A stretch of 64,000 nucleotides of DNA from Penicillus capitatus (GCA_965649825.1 OZ287699.1:1535287-1599286); one strand, 5' to 3'. Counted from the first letter of the stretch, positions 12,200 to 25,297 are shown. Notes: generated from the sequence alone by a model not told the origin. Program-made: numbers and translations.

Positions 12200-15100
12200 C
12201 TATTATGAACGCCGTGATCAGGCAGAACCTGCCCCTCGGTTTTGAGAGGTTGCTTGTATAAAGTGACATGGATGGTTTAAATAAAAAATGGCTAGTGCAA
12301 ACTGTTCTTCGCCAATAACGAAAGAAATGGATTTTACATCTGAAAGATAATGGATTAGGCTCGACAGAGAAGGTAAAGCATTGACACGAGCGTCAAGAAC
12401 AGAGGGCATCGCTCTTGAAGGTCCGATCCTCCCTCTTATAGAACTGCACAAACACAATTGGGCGAACTCTAAACCATCCGTAAAGAGAAGATTTCGTCGC
12501 CTACTGTATAAGCTACGGAAACCTTCTGCTGCCTCGTCGCAGACGATCTCGTGAATCTCGTAAGATGGTCCTTTTCAGTTAGCACTCATGTTGTGGCAGC
12601 TTCCAGGAACTGCTGAGACATTTAAGAGGTGGCGAGAAACTCGTCAAACCCCCTCTATTATGGACCTAATAGCGAAAGCACGCATCTAGCATTGTTGGCG
12701 TTGAGACTTCTAACAGACAAAGAGACTGACAGACTGGCCATTCTGAGAGCTGGAGGTATTCGTCCGTTAGCAAGCCTTCTCTCCTCTGGCCCAGAATAGG
12801 AAGTAAAAACCCTCTCTTCACTTTCGTGGATGCGATATTTTGGATGCTCTAGATAACCGAGTACTCAGCTGCAGCACTTGGAAACTAGGCAGCGGGTTCT
12901 CAAGAGATCAAATATACCATTCGTGAAGCAGGAGGGATTGGTCCACGCGTTGGCTTGTCGGAAGAAGACCCGAATGTGTTTGTAGCAGAACTGGCAGCTG
13001 TCGTGCTGCGAAATTTGTCACCGCAAATCCGACGAACCGTGCAGAGATCCAGGTGCCATTGCTGCTTCCCATTGTCCATCATCTCAGCTGAAGCCTGTGT
13101 ATCAGGCAGCGGATGGATTGGATCCATTGTTGCGTCTATTGTCCTCAGGACAAGAAGCTCTGCACGATCCACTACTGTGTTGTGGGACACGTGGAATGCA
13201 AACCCACTGGAACGAAAACGAAATCGCTGGAAGGCACGTGTTGCTTCGACCCACACAGGGACATCTCTGCATTGCCCCGAGAGAGAATCCGAAGTTCGGG
13301 TGTTTTGGGCCTGGTCATGAACCCGGCCCGAGGTGCATATCCGCTTTGATGGGGCTTGTGTGTCATGGATGGATGTTGTTTTTATAGAGAGCGCAATGCT
13401 GAAGGTTATTCGCTCTTGCTCAAATTGACCATCGTGGAAGCAGAGAGCAATTCTCCGGAGCTTAATTTTAGTGCAGCGGGGAGAAACATAAGCCGTCGTC
13501 CACTGCATCGCGCACTAGGTGATTCCGACTCATATGTCTTATTAGGGTGTGAGGCAAATTGACAAAGGAGAAAAGATCTAAGACCGCAAACTCCAAAGGC
13601 TTCTTTTCTCTCCATGCTCGGCACCCGAGGTCAAAGAATCGATCATGAGAATGTTGACCAGAATGCATCTCGAAAGAGAATTCCGAAACAAGCAGACGTC
13701 TACGGTACAGACCAGGCCTACATTTGCCTCTGTGTCAGACACGGAGGCCTAACCTGATGGGATCATTGAATCGAAGAACGCAGTGGATGTTCATGGATCG
13801 GTGACTGTTGGGTGAATAAGACGTTCATTCCTTCACACTGCGCGATAATGTACCATTTATGTATACTGACTTTTCAATGAGAGGTTACCGTTCACTCGTT
13901 TGTGTTCTCGATCGATGGAGGCTCGATAGGATGCTTCATTAAACATCCTTGGGGCTCAGGACAGCGAAATATACACATGTGTTGGTTTTCTGACGTGGGA
14001 GGGTACATGAGTACTGCCGATACTCCAAAGGTTGTCCATCTACTGCTGTCACATCAGCTGTCTAACGGCGGAATCTAATGTACATTCGTCCGTTAAAGCG
14101 GCGGTTCCGAGGCTTTTTGCCACTAACGTTCACTCGTCTGTTCAATGGTGAGGTAACTAAAAAGCGTTGCAAGGCCGTGTGTGTTTTCATCTCGGTGTCG
14201 CGGTCACATCCTTCAGAGATGGATTCATCTGTCTCGGAGCACAGACGTCTTCACCGAAAGGCAGCGTTGGATAATCGAGGATCAACTCATGCAACTCGTC
14301 TGGGGTCAGCGTATCCACATTCATCTCCATTTGACGGTAAATAATTAACAGCTCCGAGGGAATAAAGCCTGAATGACATAACACCGATGACGGATAGACA
14401 CTAACCTCTGTGCCTGGTGATGCGCATCGTGCATACCGTATTCTAGCGTTATCCGACGGGTAGCAATCTGAACATGTGACTGCCAGTGTGGTGTCCATAA
14501 GAGATGAGGGTTGGCTCCTGGTGAACATCGAGCAGTTTTCACAGATCCTGTGTCACCACTGCTCAGCGAGTGCACTAGGCTGAGAGAATGCGTTACCAAG
14601 TCGCGGTGGTTATGAAATCGATGCGACCCTTCTCACATGTCGTCCGTCGGATGCCTCTACATAACAATAGACACAACACATATAGCTGACGGAGCCGCCG
14701 GATTTCTATGGTTTCGAGAAAACCCTGCGCGATGCTATTGAAACGGCGATGCCGCGACCATCATCCTACAGCGAAATCGGATCACTACCGACTCCGGCTG
14801 CGATATTGGCGCCAACGAGAAGTCGCACCAACATCGTTAGAAATGCTCCGCTTCTCCGACGCGATTATGGACGACAAAAGGCACAGTGTCTCACTTCGCA
14901 CAACGGTATCCCGCACGTGGTGCTTTCCGAAAACCGTCAGTCATTGGCGGTGTTACGATCCACCATCTCAACGAAATGCGCGCTAAGGAAAGAAGAAAGG
15001 ATGGGTTGGACGACTGACTGGAGGATTCGATTCGGGCTGGTCGGGTGAGAGATGCAGAAACAAAAGTGGATCGCAGATAGATGCCGATTGAAAGACCAGA

Positions 15101-16650
15101 GCATTGGATGTGGGGTCAACATCCATCTTGCAGGCAGCATCTAACATAGGCAGCGGATTTTCATCCATAAGAAAAAACTGTAGGAAGGCTGTCCCCTTGT
15201 AGAGAGCCAAAATCATAGAAGATATTATCAAACTGATGTAAAGAAGCGGTGTCAGGTGATGACTGCCTCGTTTCAGTCATCACGGTGTCTTCTATGACAG
15301 TTGGTACCTGTACCGCCTCTTCACCCGAAGCTCATCTATGATGGATTCGAGAGTGGTCTCCAGTTGCAGCTCTGTGCCTTTGAGCACTCGGATTGTTTCG
15401 GGATAGACTTGGACAAGTCTGGTGTCTTTGAAGAGACTGTCGGCAAAGACGGTCTTTGTTCCGATATTGAAATCCGACCTGGATGATAAGAGGTTAATCA
15501 GAGTTTAGGAAGATCGTGATTGGCTCTGCTGCTCACTTGTCGGAAACCTCTTCCAATCTTTGTCCGGATTACAGCACCATGGTTCTTGTGGCTGTCGAGA
15601 TCACATGATAGGCGCCTGTGGCATAGGGTGTGACGGTGCTGGTGCATGCGTTCTGTGTCAGCACGAAACTTCAGGGCCCAAATATCCTCGATGTCCGGAA
15701 CAGGCACCTCGATGAGCACTTCAGCCACGATACCGTTTCTAAGAACGGCCAACTATCCAGAACAGCCAGAACCGACACATGTCACGAGATGAGGCGATTG
15801 ACTAACGATCGGTGCACCACCAACCATATGTTCGTTGGACAAGGCTGGTGATCAAACAAGTGCATGCCTGGTATGTTGCGTTCCCGATTCGAGTTCTGTA
15901 GGTGTCCCCGAGACAACATCCCGGATGGGACCGATGCAGAGCAGCGAGTCGATGACAGAGAAGGTAAACTGATGTTGTGAGATGGACGATTGCTTCGGCT
16001 TTTCTCCACTGAAAACAACTGTCATTAGCCAAACGCATCTTATTGCCACTCTTGTCGTTATGTCAGGTGGGTGGTACCATGTCATCATCGTGGAGCTCTT
16101 CAGAAGGCGCATCCATCACAGTATGATACGCTATCATCTCCTTCGTCTCTATGGGCGTGAATTTCACAAGGAATGAATCGCATTGCCAGATACCTATGAA
16201 TAGCAGATCTTCGCCGATGACGTTCAGGCACGATGCGATAGGGGCGGCGCCTCCAGACTTGGTGATCTGTGCGTGTTACAGTTTGTCAGTGGCTGAGCTT
16301 AGACTGAAGGCTGGAGTGTTTATAACAATGTCATGGACTGTGTCCCTGTCGAGCTTCGACTGAACAACCAGAAGTTGTCCCGTTTTCAAGGCCAATAAAA
16401 GGGTGACGGTGTTTAACCAACACCACACGACTGCATCGAGTTCTGCATCTGGCATCCCTCTCCCTTTGTCATCGTCGAGGCGACCGCGGCATCGAATCCT
16501 GCACCAGGGCACCATCATCAAAAGAGACACCATACACCCAATGTGTGTTCTTACTGGATGCACAGAAGTGGCATACTTCTGCACCATCTGTGTGATCGAT
16601 GCCACTTCTCCCATGTCAGAAATCTCTGGTTTCTTTGGGATCTCCACAGG
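12200..16650 (-). pseudogene. CPSF1: CPSF160/CPSF1-like beta-propeller gene, 5'-truncated, increasingly degenerate 3'-ward
   Basis: ASCLNVIGEDLLFIG..DSFLVKF; FSVIDSLLCIGPIRDVVSG; AVLRNGIVAEVLIEVPVPDIEDIWAL; ADSLFKDTRLVQVYPETIRVLKG; SASICDPLLFL match successive CPSF1 blocks. Similarity below ~14.9 kb is weak. Confidence 0.65.
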
Positions 16651-16739
16651 ACAACGTGTCCATTGACTCCCACAGGCAAACTCTGACTCTGAGACATGGA
16701 CATGCCATCACCTGTTATCGAGATTCTGTCCGAAATACA

Positions 16740-17190
16740 AGCAGTACCTGATTGTAAAAGGAAATGAAGATCAGACTGAGGTCAAGAGCGCCTCCAAGAG
16801 GTACATAGATCAGCACGCATCGCTCGGCGGATGCTTCACGGACCAAATCACTGGATAGACACACGCCTGGATGGAATTAAGAAATCATTGGGAGCTGAAA
16901 AGCGTTCCCTACGACTGGAACTTGGACCACGCGACATGCAGGAGGGAGTTTGTGTTTTGGTCCGGAGAGATACGTCGCAGAAGACATTTGATGTGCCATG
17001 GACGGATGTGCCAATGACTGTGACAACGATGCCAGAGACAATGCAATCGGGCATGTTTCAGAGGCAACGGCCAAAATGGATGCGTGTGTTGATGTGGCAC
17101 GAACGTGGAAGGAATTCATGGATGCACTGAATCGCAAACACATGGTTCTGGTACCATGGTGCAACGAGACGGAAGTGGAGGAGAAGGTCA
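16740..17190 (+). pseudogene. Prolyl-tRNA synthetase anticodon-binding/C-terminal fragment, frameshifted
   Basis: NHWELKS(V)P/LRLELGPRDMQEGVCVLVRRDT../TAKMDACVDVARTWKEFMDALNRKHMVLVPWCNETEVEEKV. Confidence 0.85.
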
Positions 17191-17300
17191 CATCCACCAT
17201 CTTGCACAGCGTCTTATGCAACGAGAGCACGAAGCAATCGACTGACTAACCACCGTGTTCCCGTCCAACATCCATCGCTTGTATACAGGTTGTGGCGCTG

Positions 17301-17516
17301 GCGACGGATGGCAAGTGATCGGAGGATCAGCGACGGATGGCAAGTGATCGGAGGATCAGCGACGGATGGCAAGTGATCGGAGGATCAGCGACGGATGGCA
17401 AGTGATCGGAGGATCAGCGACGGATGGCAAGTGATCGGAGGATCAGCGACGGATGGCAAGTGATCGGAGGATCAGCGACGGATGGCAAGTGATCGGAGGA
17501 TCAGCGACGGATGGCA
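17301..17516. repeat. 29-bp perfect minisatellite, 7 full copies plus 13 bp
   Basis: GCGACGGATGGCAAGTGATCGGAGGATCA at 17301+29n, with no spacers. It ends 2 bp before TATTTATT (17519). Confidence 0.97.
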
Positions 17517-17575
17517 GGTATTTATTCGCGAGCGTAGTCGACGTAAGCGTTTTCCTTTGATGTCATCGATAAGGT

Positions 17576-18272
17576 ATGACGTCGTATCGCATGACGAAAT
17601 ATATGAAGAAGCAGCTCGTGCGTGACATTCGAGCTTGCGAGGACTTGAAGCTGCTCGTAAAGAAATACAAAGGCGAATTTGGTGATCTGCGTAATACGCA
17701 GATTACCAATACGATTGCTGACGAGGAGGACTTTCTAAGTGCGTAGAATTGTTTATACCATCATCTTACTTCTCACTTCCCTTCGCCTGTAGGTAACTGA
17801 CGGGGATGCCAAACGAAAGACGCACCGCGTCGCGCGCACGCGCCACGGCGAAGCGGAGGGACGAACCTGAGCAAATGCTACAGCAGGGCGTGACATCAGC
17901 TTTATACCCGTCGGCACCCGCGGACCGCCGTCCCATCAGGAAGCGGACAGCGTGTCCGGTCCGCGGGGCCAGAACCGTTGGTGTACCCCCATCAGTAACG
18001 AAGACGGACAAAGTTCTTCGCAACTGCGCATGACAATTAATTACGTTGACGCTTGCACTGACGCGTTTAATAAAGTGGCACAGAGAATAGAACACCTCGA
18101 GAAAAATCTACAGTCGGGGTTTAAACAAGACATCCAGCGCCGCATGTTGCATGCTGCCAAAGAATCTCTGGCGGAAGCTGAGGCGAAATACGAGGCCATC
18201 GAAGCGGAATCAGAAGATTTGGAAGCTTCCGTGCGTTTCCTTCTTGAGACGTTGAGCAGTTTCACAGCGTGA
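17576..18272 (+). CDS. Unknown two-exon coiled-coil family member 'C' (~146 aa if the 197-bp insertion is removed)
   Basis: Exon 1 17576-17738 MTSYRMTKYMKKQLVRDIRACEDL..LRNTQITNTIADEEDFL, phase-1 intron 17739-17792. Exon 2 SN[insertion]EDG..RMTINYVDACTDAFNKVAQRIEHLEKNL..SFTA* is open once the element plus one TSD copy is removed. Confidence 0.75.
17798..17994 (+). mobile_element. ~200-bp TG...CA element (probable solo LTR), copy C, 197 bp
   Basis: Termini TGACGGGG...CCCCATCA with a perfect 5-bp TSD GTAAC (17793-17797, 17995-17999). Confidence 0.9.
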
Positions 18273-18289
18273 GAAACGTTTCGGCCACG

Positions 18290-19400
18290 AACATTTTGAA
18301 AGACAATGTGTGTCTTCTGTTATCCAATTTAGCTGCGCTGCGAACTCTCCTATCCGTCACCGACGTTATCGCGATTTGAAAGATGACCGAAACGAATCGC
18401 ATAAAGCCTCTTGTGTACTTCACTGTCTTCCCACTCTGTAACCTGCACGGAGACAAACAGCGACAGAATCATGCAGCGTCTGTCCATGATGATGTCACGG
18501 ACGATAACCTTTCGAAGATCAATCGCCAGATGTTGGACTGATAGGTCGTTAACGCAGGCAGAGGAATGCTTCGAAAGATTTCTTCCAGAATGAGCAGTCC
18601 ACACTCATCGACTGTCTTCAGCGAATTAAGCCGTTGGAAGATGCCAAGAAAAGGCTCCAAATGCTGCTGCTGCACAATGACATCCGGCGTTTTCCGAACA
18701 TACGCCTAGGGACCAAACAGTCGATGCCTCGCTGAACCGTGTGCGTCGGGTCACTCGGATGAGCTTCGTCAATGCCGGTACATTTCCGTGCTGCTCGCTC
18801 CCATAGGAAAGGCGTCAGTCAACACAGGCCGCAGTAATAAAAGATAGACCTCGGGCAACGGAGCCGATCGCATATCGATGAATGCCGCAAGAATGTGATG
18901 TCACATCATCTCACTCTTTTGAACACACAAGGATGGCGCTCACTTGCAACACATTTGGATGAAATTCCTGAACGTCTTTCTGAAACACGACGTCGTAGGC
19001 AGGAAACAACCTTGCTTGCATGTTGTCCATAATCATCGAGTCTTGAGCATGTACATTTCGAACCAGAGCAGCAACGGATTCGAATGATAGTGATTGAAAG
19101 CGGGCTGGAAATTTTGACACACTTGCAAGAGCTTCCGAGCCAAGGCCTAACGAACAAGCCATGGATATCCAACTCAGGGGATGGACGGACGAATCACACT
19201 TGCACACAGCCTTGAGCAACGGGACGAATATGAAGTCCTGTGCAATTCCACCACACGCATCGCACATTTCATGAGATGCGGATTCTCTGCAGAATCTGGA
19301 AACTCAAATGCGCCAAGGAGATTTTCCGGAAGGACGTGCAAATGTGTCGTCAGTTCTTGTGGAGACAGTCTAGAAATGCATCCAGATATCCAACAATCAT
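18290..19400 (-). pseudogene. CSE1: Exportin-2 (CSE1/CAS) C-terminal fragment, frameshifted
   Basis: NLLGAFEFPDSAENPHLMKCAMRV; FESVAALVR..RLFPAYDVVFQKDVQEFHPNVLQ; GNVPALTKL; FLGIFQRLNSLKTVDECGLLILEEIF; GKTVKYTRGFM. Confidence 0.85.
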
Positions 19401-19569
19401 CCATGATGAGCAATACATGGATCCTTAGTGCTCTGCCCGAATCACCAGACTCTCGATGAGGGTCTCCGCATAGGAATGCATGACAAAATTTCCTGTTCGG
19501 AGCAGAAGAATGATCTTCGGCATAACCGTCCACAGAATCTCTGCAGGAACATGCATCCTGGAGAGTGCC

Positions 19570-20770
19570 TACTCATGCACTGCAGTTTGGCCATTCTTGA
19601 AAGTTCAGCAGTTCGGAAGCTTCATGTTTCAACCAGACTTTGAACACCTGGAAATCTCCGGCAATGGGATCGCAGTCATCGATTTCATCTTCCAGCTTTA
19701 GATTCAAATAGTCAATGCCGTACTGTGCAAGGATACACGCAAAAATAAGAAACGTCATGACATTTAGCACAAGACATACAATAGAAGCCGCTGGCCGCTT
19801 ACCATCTTCTGGAAAGCTCTCATTCTGCAGCGTGCTGCAATAAGTATTGTCAACACGGACACAAATGAAGAGCACAGCTCAATTTTGTCAAGCACATGAA
19901 AATCCTTGCGATAAGGCATTGCGCAGATCTGCGCGCCCATGACAATCAAGATGAAAAAAGTAGCACCAATGATCGGCCAATGAATGTCAAAGCGATGAGC
20001 CAGAACGCTACAAAGGTAACAATGATCTTTCTTACAACGACGATATCCTTCCAGTAGCGTCAATGACCAAACGTCTAACCACGACAGAGAAATCCGACAG
20101 TCTCATATGACCAGCTGGATTGATTCTTCAGATGTCCTTTCAAAGAGCTCAGTATCATTGCGAATAGAATGAGTAAACTACCGTAGACAATGGCCACAAA
20201 AGACAAGATCAGAGTCACCAGAGTTCGATGTGTACCCGCGAGGCACTCCAGATTGATGTCCACCGCCCAACGGCTCGTCACATGATCATCTTTTGGGTCC
20301 AAAGGCTCGTGAATGTCGACAAAAGTTGCGCACCAAGAGCCGCTTTCATCACAGGGACGGATGTGATGTACCAAAGGACCATGACTGGCAGAACAGTTCT
20401 CTTCCTGCCATAGTGAAATCTCTTCTTCATCTCATCTGATAGAAGAACACAATAGCAGTCCAGAAGAACGCCAATAACACGAATGCCAAGAGCGGAATGA
20501 TGCGCACACTGATGACCAGGCTTGCAGCCGTTCGATGAAAGATCTGGCTGTTTGAGCTCAGTCAGACATATAACGGCAAGCTGAATCCGAACCGCGGCCA
20601 AATGTCCAAGGAACTCTGTCAAAACACAAAGATAGGTTGCAACATTGTCTGACGATGTCGGAAGCCCACCTGCCACTGTCGCCGTGATGAGAACAGGGAT
20701 ATCCCATCCAACGTCCAAAGAGGCTATCAACACCGTCATTCGTATGTCGTTTAGTGTGATCTGCCATGTC
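19570..20770 (-). pseudogene. Multi-pass membrane domain of an algal/protist adhesion-like large protein (fragment)
   Basis: RWAVDINLECLAGTHRTLVTLILSFVAIVYG..ETVGFLCRGY and PYRK..LDKIELCSSFVS resemble the W-x-D..C..G-x-H..GFLY C-terminal TM module. Frame breaks are present. Confidence 0.4.
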
Positions 20771-23299
20771 ATGCGGTAAGCGTAGAGCGTTCGATGAGTT
20801 GTGTAACCTTGAGCATTTTACTTGCCTTACATTTTGCAAGAATTGACAAAGAGGCTTCGATTCCTCCAGATTCAAGACTTCTTTCGGAGCCTCGATTTCC
20901 GTTGTTGAACATTCTCGCTTTTATCGCATCTGTACTCTGCTGTGGTTGATGCGCAGTAGGTCCAACAAATTGATTCAGCCTGCTTCGGCAAGAGAGTATA
21001 AAGTTTTTTACTGCCAAAACAGTCAGCGTCCCTTTGATGGTTATGCCTGAAAGGATGTGCGATCGATCTTCCTTCTACAAATCATTTAACTGGACGATCA
21101 GCGATAAACGTCCGAGACTTCAAAATCTGCAACCTGTGAAACTGCTGTTAGTGCAGCAGACCGGACAAGCTAGAGAGTGACCAACCGCATGACTGAAGAC
21201 CAAATAACTGTTCAGTCCCTTTTGCGGCAAGTCATTTTGGATCTCTATCCAGGAGGCTGCCCAATCTCTTCTAGGGATCATCTCTTCATCTCTCACAACG
21301 GATTTTTGGACTTTCGAGCGCTGCGTCGTAGAAGAAGCTGTGGGAAGAGGTTATGTCGTGTGCGCGTTCATCGCACAGCACTCCCAGATCCGAGCTCTCC
21401 TCCAAATTAGTTCCCACTTTCGCTGTCTGGACATTACCATACCATGGCTCAACACGCCGAAGATTTGAAGGAGCCTATGCATTTCAGATAAAGCGATGGG
21501 AGCTTCAACTGTCCAATCCACAATTGAACTGCTAGAGATTATGTCAGTCTTTGTCTGAATCCCTGACCGACAGAATCGAATCCGTCAAAGGCAGCGTGAT
21601 CAAACACGTTAGAACACGCTGAAGAAGACTCGCATCAGCACTATTCCAGATGCAAACCCGTGAATTCATTACATATCCAATGGAATTGATGACTGTCCAG
21701 GTTCGCTGATAACAACATGCTCGAAACACTTAAAGACGCGCATTCGGCGTGTAGTGGGATAGAATGTGGAAAAAGGAAAGCTATGGAATTACAGATGTAA
21801 TAAATACTTTGAGGATGTGACGTAACAACTGTGGTGGAAGATCAGATGTAAAAATTCTTGTCGTCTCACGGCGAAACCTTCAAAGAGAGCAAAAGAAACT
21901 GATTAACTGGTAGAGTTCGACACAATAACAGATATCGTTCAGTCCGATTCGATGGTTAGCACAGATGCGAGTGGATTTCATGTGTGCCCAAATGCCTGCC
22001 TCTCTGTGAAGTGCTTCTTGGAATCCTCTCATTCTACCATTGGGCTCCGAAGATTTGATTGGGCTTACACAATTTAGAAGAGAGAACACCGCATTTCTGC
22101 AGATCGCTCGTCGGAGAACGGTGGTGAAGACGATGGAAACGACATCGCAAATCGCTCAACAATAATTCTCTGTTGCTAAAAATCCTGATCCGCGTCTTTT
22201 TCGCCAGCGCGACCGCTACAGTTCATGATTATCTCATCCGAAGGATCTCGACGACAAGATTTTACATTCGTAGTCTCTGCGAAAACAGCAGTGTCTACCA
22301 ATCCAGTGTATATATGTCATAATACTACTTCACTAACAAGGTTTGTTTCGAACGGCAATGAAACTTGCAAAGCAGAAGCCAGACTTCACATCGAATCACC
22401 CATCCGGTAAACAACAAAGCAACTGTCTGAAGTTAGCAAACTCGTAATGACATAGAAGTCTGCCGACGGCTGTTCAATTGGCCAGGAATCAGCTAGCCGT
22501 CCAGAAATTCCAAAACATGGAATAATCTCTCGCTCAATCACCAGACAAGTGCAGCGTCGCGTCCTGGAGCGACGCTAGACGAATGGCCGACGGAATCTAT
22601 CCATTCTTTGGTTTGTGTTCTTCGTTGTCTCTTTTACCTCTTCTCCAGCACAGCTGCCGACTCTACAAGCACAATGGACGACGGACGGCTAACCTCGCGC
22701 TCTCGGTCGTCTAAACCGTCGTCCTCGGCCGATCCTGTATCAAGGCGTCTCTGCAAGTCGATAGCTCTTTGCGTCGAATCGGACTGAATCTAAGTGATTG
22801 GGGCATATTCGCACTATCTTCGACGGCAGTTTGGATGGAGGTGTGTTTGTTCATCCGAACTGTAGACTGACCCCAAGGCGCTGTCCCGTCGGACTTGATG
22901 ACCAAACGGAGTGCACTCTCTCGGATAGTGCAGAATTCCGTCCTTGTTGTCAAGCGTCACCGACTCGGTTTTATTGTGGATTGATGCAACGTGGATCTCT
23001 TTTTTGAGCACTGTTCACGAATGATCGCTTCAAGTCTTGCGGACGAGGACAGACATTGGGTAGAAGGTGATCATCTTTTTTATCCAATGAGAATCCACGA
23101 TTGTCGGACATCTACAGGAGAAGATCTGTCGCTTGTTACAAGCCAGTGACGAGTTATGAAATGTTATGTGCATTCAGGAGTGTTGAATGAGAATGCGTGG
23201 CGAATGATGAAAGCTCGTTTATGGATGGAATTCATCACATTAGTCGACGAGGGACGATGAGCGTTTTGGAGTGTCCGAGAATTCTGATCGGATGACGTC

Positions 23300-24200
23300 T
23301 GCACTCTGTGGAAGCTCCCTTCAGTTGATGGATGGAAGCACGTCAAGACCTGTTTGTAACGATCGATCGATTTCCTGAGAGTGGTCGGAGGCAAGATCTC
23401 CGCGAGGAGTTGGCGGGAGAGGAGTTTCGCACGGGTCCGCGATCTCGACTTAAACGTCACCACAGCTTCAAACTGCAGAAAATCCTTTCCCGATATTCGT
23501 ATGATGTTTGTAAGGAATTACATAGCTATGCAGTGACGTCGCATGGGCAGAAGCCATACCGATACATTCCCACTTGAATAGATTTGAGGCGCAATGTTGT
23601 CTTGAAGTGACCCTGGCCGGACGGTTGTCGTAAGTCTGCTGATGGGCGAGCTCTCTTGCCTGGCACAGTTTATGCAAGCTTGGTCAGATTTGGCATATGC
23701 GTCAGAGAGTGGCATGCGGGGAAATCTGGTGACGGTTGCTATCATGCAAAACTAGTGTCTGTCGCCGGCGCAATCTGAAAATGGTCCATGCAGAGACGAA
23801 TGGTTTTCAACAGCTTTGAGGATGTCACACGGAGCTAGCTCACTGTACACCTGTGAACATCTCACTCGGCATCACCTCATCCGAATTGTCTTTACGCGAC
23901 AGACATATGAGAACAGATGGGGGTCCAATGCAACTGGTGTTTCCATTCTCCTCGACTTCTTCCTTCCTTGCACGAACCAAACTAGCAACAGCTGCTGCTG
24001 TAGGACACATCTGACATGATACAGGATATCATCATGACAGACGAGATACCATGTCAGGCTTTGAGTTCTTTGAAAGCTGGGAAAATAGTGCCTGCACACG
24101 AAGCTGACATTCTCATCCGGCTTTCGGGTCTGGAAGCCCCGAAAACGTGAGCAGAGAATACACACCGCTGCTGTCCTGTGCTTTCGACGTCACGGAAACA
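23300..24200 (-). pseudogene. Possible OSCA/CSC1 (DUF221) C-terminal remnant
   Basis: Only weak by-eye similarity (..QQTYDNRP..G..; WLLP..FLTNIIRISGKDF..). Many stops. Confidence 0.25.
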
Positions 24201-24509
24201 AGTAAGTGATGCCGGCGGCAATGGAGATGGGTCCGCGACCATCCCAAGGCTTCGTCTAACCGTTGTGATCCTCCATTCTGCATGCACCGCTAAGCAGCCA
24301 GAAGTATCGCGAGCTGCACGATGACTTCTAAGATGCGGGACTGCTGACTGGCAATGTGACCGTCCGGGAAAATCCGTCGTGTCTCGTGGTGACGACAGAG
24401 GTGTCCCATTCCATGCTCTACGAGAATCGGAGCATCATCCGGTGCCGTTGCAGCACTATATCTTTTCGGTAGGAGCTGATGGAATGAATGTACATGACGA
24501 TCGACGAAA

Positions 24510-24740
24510 AGGGTACGGTCCTCCAGCACGAATAAATACACGCTGCGGTCCGTATTCACCGCGTTTGGGCACGATGCGGTTAGCATGGATCCTACAGTGC
24601 GGTCCGTATCCACCGCGTTTGGGCACGATGCGGTTAGCATAGATCGAGATCTAGATCAGGATCCATGCTAACCGCATCGTGCCCAACACGGTGAATACGG
24701 ACCGCAGCGTGTATTTATTAGTGCTGGAGGACCGTACCCT
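24510..24740. repeat. 231-bp imperfect palindrome (arms 24510-24593 / 24658-24740) whose spacer holds a direct copy of part of one arm and a GATC x3 centre
   Basis: AGGGTACGGTCCTCCAGCACGAATAAATACACGCTGCGGTCCGTATTCACC...GGATCCT is the reverse complement of 24658-24740 with ~3 differences. 24544-24586 recurs at 24598-24640 (54-bp period). Confidence 0.95.
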
Positions 24741-24768
24741 GCATTCATTTGTGCTCGAGAGACGAGAG

Positions 24769-25297
24769 ATGGCGAATCGGTTGAATACGAGAAACGCTAA
24801 CGAAGGCATCACACAAGATCAAAGCAATGCTTTGAACGACGAGATTGCGAGGAACAAAGAACTGCATTCGTTTTTCCACCGGATGATACACCAAGAAAAT
24901 TTACGCGTGCCGCAGATAACATATCATATCGCCCAGCGAGAAAAGTTCTTCGAGGAACCTTGTGAGTACTTCATATCTGGTCTATCTGTTTGCAGTTTTT
25001 TCTGTATTTGATGAAAGCCGGCAAGTCAACGTACCAAGGCTCACGCAGACGTACGTTGAAGCGACGATGCCGACAATCGAAGGCCTAAGCGCGAGAATCC
25101 TTCGCATAGATGCCGAGCTGCGGAACAGCAATCATGAACTCATGATATTTCGTTCAGTCCTGGATAGCATGAAAGACATAATGAAAACTGTGAGAGAAAC
25201 GGATATTATCGTCAAGGAAAAAACAAAAACAGTAGAGGACAGTCTGTCCAAGATTCAAACAACAATTAACCTTTTCTTTGAAAATATTGGCCTCTAA
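24769..25297 (+). CDS. Unknown two-exon coiled-coil family member 'H' (~164 aa, apparently intact)
   Basis: Exon 1 24769-24961, phase-1 intron 24962-24995 (GTGAGT...TTGCAG, 34 nt), exon 2 24996-25297: MANRLNTR..ITQDQSNALNDEIARNKELHSFF..LRVPQITYHIAQREKFFEEP|FFSV..PRLTQTYVEA..INLFFENIGL*. TATTTATT is at 24712. Confidence 0.75.

Noticed and set aside
17301-17516. CRISPR array (29-bp repeats); likewise the 34-bp and 32-bp arrays
   Set aside because: The units are directly adjacent with no unique spacers, there are no cas genes, and the context is eukaryotic.
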